Origin: Candidatus Latescibacterota bacterium
GTDB taxonomy: Bacteria; Latescibacterota; UBA2968; UBA8231
NCBI GenBank assembly: GCA_965243025.1
Contig: CBDETY010000003.1
Location: 4,032,001-4,096,000 of the forward strand
Direction of reading: 5' to 3'
Length of the DNA: 64,000 bases
Position numbers and translations under genes: made by a program. Of this stretch, positions 62,648-64,000 are shown one piece after another; positions within the stretch are counted from its first letter, which is position 1, and every line of letters begins with the position of its first letter. A model generated the notes under the pieces. That model searched no databases. It was not told the origin of the DNA and was given only the letters and a program-made list of their open reading frames with translations.

Positions 62648-63436
62648 TCAATGCCCGGTTCTGGTAATTCGTTGTGTAATGACAATCCGGGGCGCACTGC
62701 CGCAGTTCGGAGCCGCGGCATGGAAGATCCAGGGGTGCATGAGTATGACATCTCCGGCTTCGCCGGTGAACTCGACTGCCTTCACTGAAACCCCGTCAAA
62801 TCCGACCCCATTTCGCAGGTAGCGTTCCTCGCGGTCGACAGTGGGGTCGCGAGACCACAGGTCTCTCAGGCTGGGCACCGCCTTGTCAACGGCTTTCCGG
62901 ATGTCCCCGGAACGGCCTTCTCCGATAAGCTCCGGGTACTTGGCGAGGCGACGGACAAGCCGGTGCGACCCCGACAAAGCAACAGTTGCGCCCCCCTTGG
63001 GGACGAGCGGCTCCAGAATGGCGAAAACCTGAATACCGGGAATCTCGCCAGCTCCTGGCCAAACAGCGCAACCAGCCAGATCCAAATGCCACGATTTGTC
63101 AGGTAGAGACCAGGGACCTTTCGAAGGAAAGGAAATCAGAACGGATCCCCAAGGAACCGGCTTTTCCCAGCAGCCCGGCCCAAGCAGATCGTCTATCGCA
63201 TCCTGGACTGCGGGACTGCAAGTGGGGCCGAAAATTCCGGACCGGGCAAGTTTATTGATTCCCTTGGGGTTCATCGCGGGCCAGGTCTTGGGATCACCGC
63301 GGAGTGCCCCGCACCGCTGTTTCAGGTCCTCCCAAATCCGGGCAAGCACCAGTTCAACGTCTCCTTCTGGTACCGCCCCGCGAAGACGCAGAAAACCAAG
63401 ATGGTCAAATTGGGATCTCTCGGTCGGCGTCAACAT
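62648..63436 (-). CDS. PhyH-family dioxygenase
   Basis: FDHLGF, WHLD, GGAT...GSH, GEAGDVILMHPWIFH..APN..PR. Confidence 0.87.
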   Translation of the reverse strand: MLTPTERSQFDHLGFLRLRGAVPEGDVELVLARIWEDLKQRCGALRGDPKTWPAMNPKGINKLARSGIFGPTCSPAVQDAIDDLLGPGCWEKPVPWGSVLISFPSKGPWSLPDKSWHLDLAGCAVWPGAGEIPGIQVFAILEPLVPKGGATVALSGSHRLVRRLAKYPELIGEGRSGDIRKAVDKAVPSLRDLWSRDPTVDREERYLRNGVGFDGVSVKAVEFTGEAGDVILMHPWIFHAAAPNCGSAPRIVITQRITRTGH

Positions 63437-63594
63437 TGCTGTCTTCGGTTCGTAGGCTTTCAGTGACGATCCACAACACCGGCTCTGACGGTCCGCGTTG
63501 GGAGGCCGAATGAAGCGCCGGGAAACGTAGAGTCGGCTATGCGATCCTTCGAGCGTACAGCACAGCGTCCCCGTTTGTTTTCACGCCGAAGGCC

Positions 63595-63999
63595 CTACTG
63601 CTTCCACCCCAGGTAATGTCCCTCGGTCTTGTCGCTGACCACTATCCTTACGTCGGGACGTTCCCGCACCTCGGGACGCAAACTCGTTCCCAGGCCGGGA
63701 CCTTCGGGGGCCAGCAGATACCCGTCCTGTATGTTTGGGTTCGTCGTCACAAACTCCCCGTACCAGCCTTCGTAATACTCGCGAATCGTCTCCATCAGCA
63801 TCGCGTTGGGCACGTTCATGCAGATATGGGCGCACGCAAACACGTTTACAGGCCCCGTGCAATCGTGGGGGCATACCGGAAGCTGATAAGTCTCCCCCAG
63901 AATCGAGATCTTCTTCGTCTCCGATATGCCGCCCGTCCAGATGAGATCGGGCATCAGAATTTCCACGGCGCCCTTCTCGATAAATTCCCGGAACTGGTA
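63595..63999 (-). CDS. Mandelate racemase/muconate lactonizing (enolase superfamily) enzyme, 5'-truncated
   Basis: ILMPDLIWTGGISETKKI, PHDCTGP, MET, PEGPGLG. Confidence 0.88.
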   Translation of the reverse strand, partial: YQFREFIEKGAVEILMPDLIWTGGISETKKISILGETYQLPVCPHDCTGPVNVFACAHICMNVPNAMLMETIREYYEGWYGEFVTTNPNIQDGYLLAPEGPGLGTSLRPEVRERPDVRIVVSDKTEGHYLGWKQ

Positions 64000-64000
64000 G

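Noticed and set aside
54120-63600. Several array genes end in TAGGG or TGAGGG
   Set aside because: Only 5-7 nt, also seen outside the array, and compatible with chance in GC-rich DNA

Overview
GC-rich bacterial DNA from a diderm organism (outer-membrane DUF5916 protein, lipoproteins, six PhyH dioxygenases). This content resembles Latescibacterota/Poribacteria-type genomes, which is inference only. Layout: (1) 1-11.4 kb core-like genes: G1PDH-like dehydrogenase, DUF5069, PhyH, a heterodimeric ABC exporter, cobalt-type nitrile hydratase nthBA with no adjacent activator, and DUF5916. (2) 11.6-26.2 kb defence island: type I R-M (hsdM, hsdS, hsdR) with a Schlafen/AlbA_2-HATPase-beta-sandwich gene coupled to hsdM, two IS elements (IS630 and IS5/IS1182-like) stacked at one CTAG inside a decayed rhuM-like gene, an orphan hicB, higB-higA(IrrE) and an AT-rich PIN nuclease. 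(3) 26.3-47.4 kb: K+ channel, sirtuin, DUF4091 glycosidase, an ECF sigma-TPR fusion with an internal RBS, a PHP hydrolase, a DUF433/DUF5615 TA pair, GH5, and a catabolic cluster (PhyH, PIG-L, gdhA, Gfo, PhyH, orphan mazE, FAD oxidase, Ldh_2, SDR). (4) 47.5-64 kb: about 20 unrelated, lower-GC genes all on the minus strand, with no visible attC repeats. They include an RNase H-like protein, a putative ADP-ribosyltransferase-fold protein and three frameshifted genes. No rRNA, tRNA or CRISPR array was seen. The best candidates for undescribed biology are the R-M-embedded Schlafen-Ig-like protein, the ART-like orphan within the co-oriented array, and the ECF sigma factor with an internal start. All family calls are by motif recognition; no searches were run.
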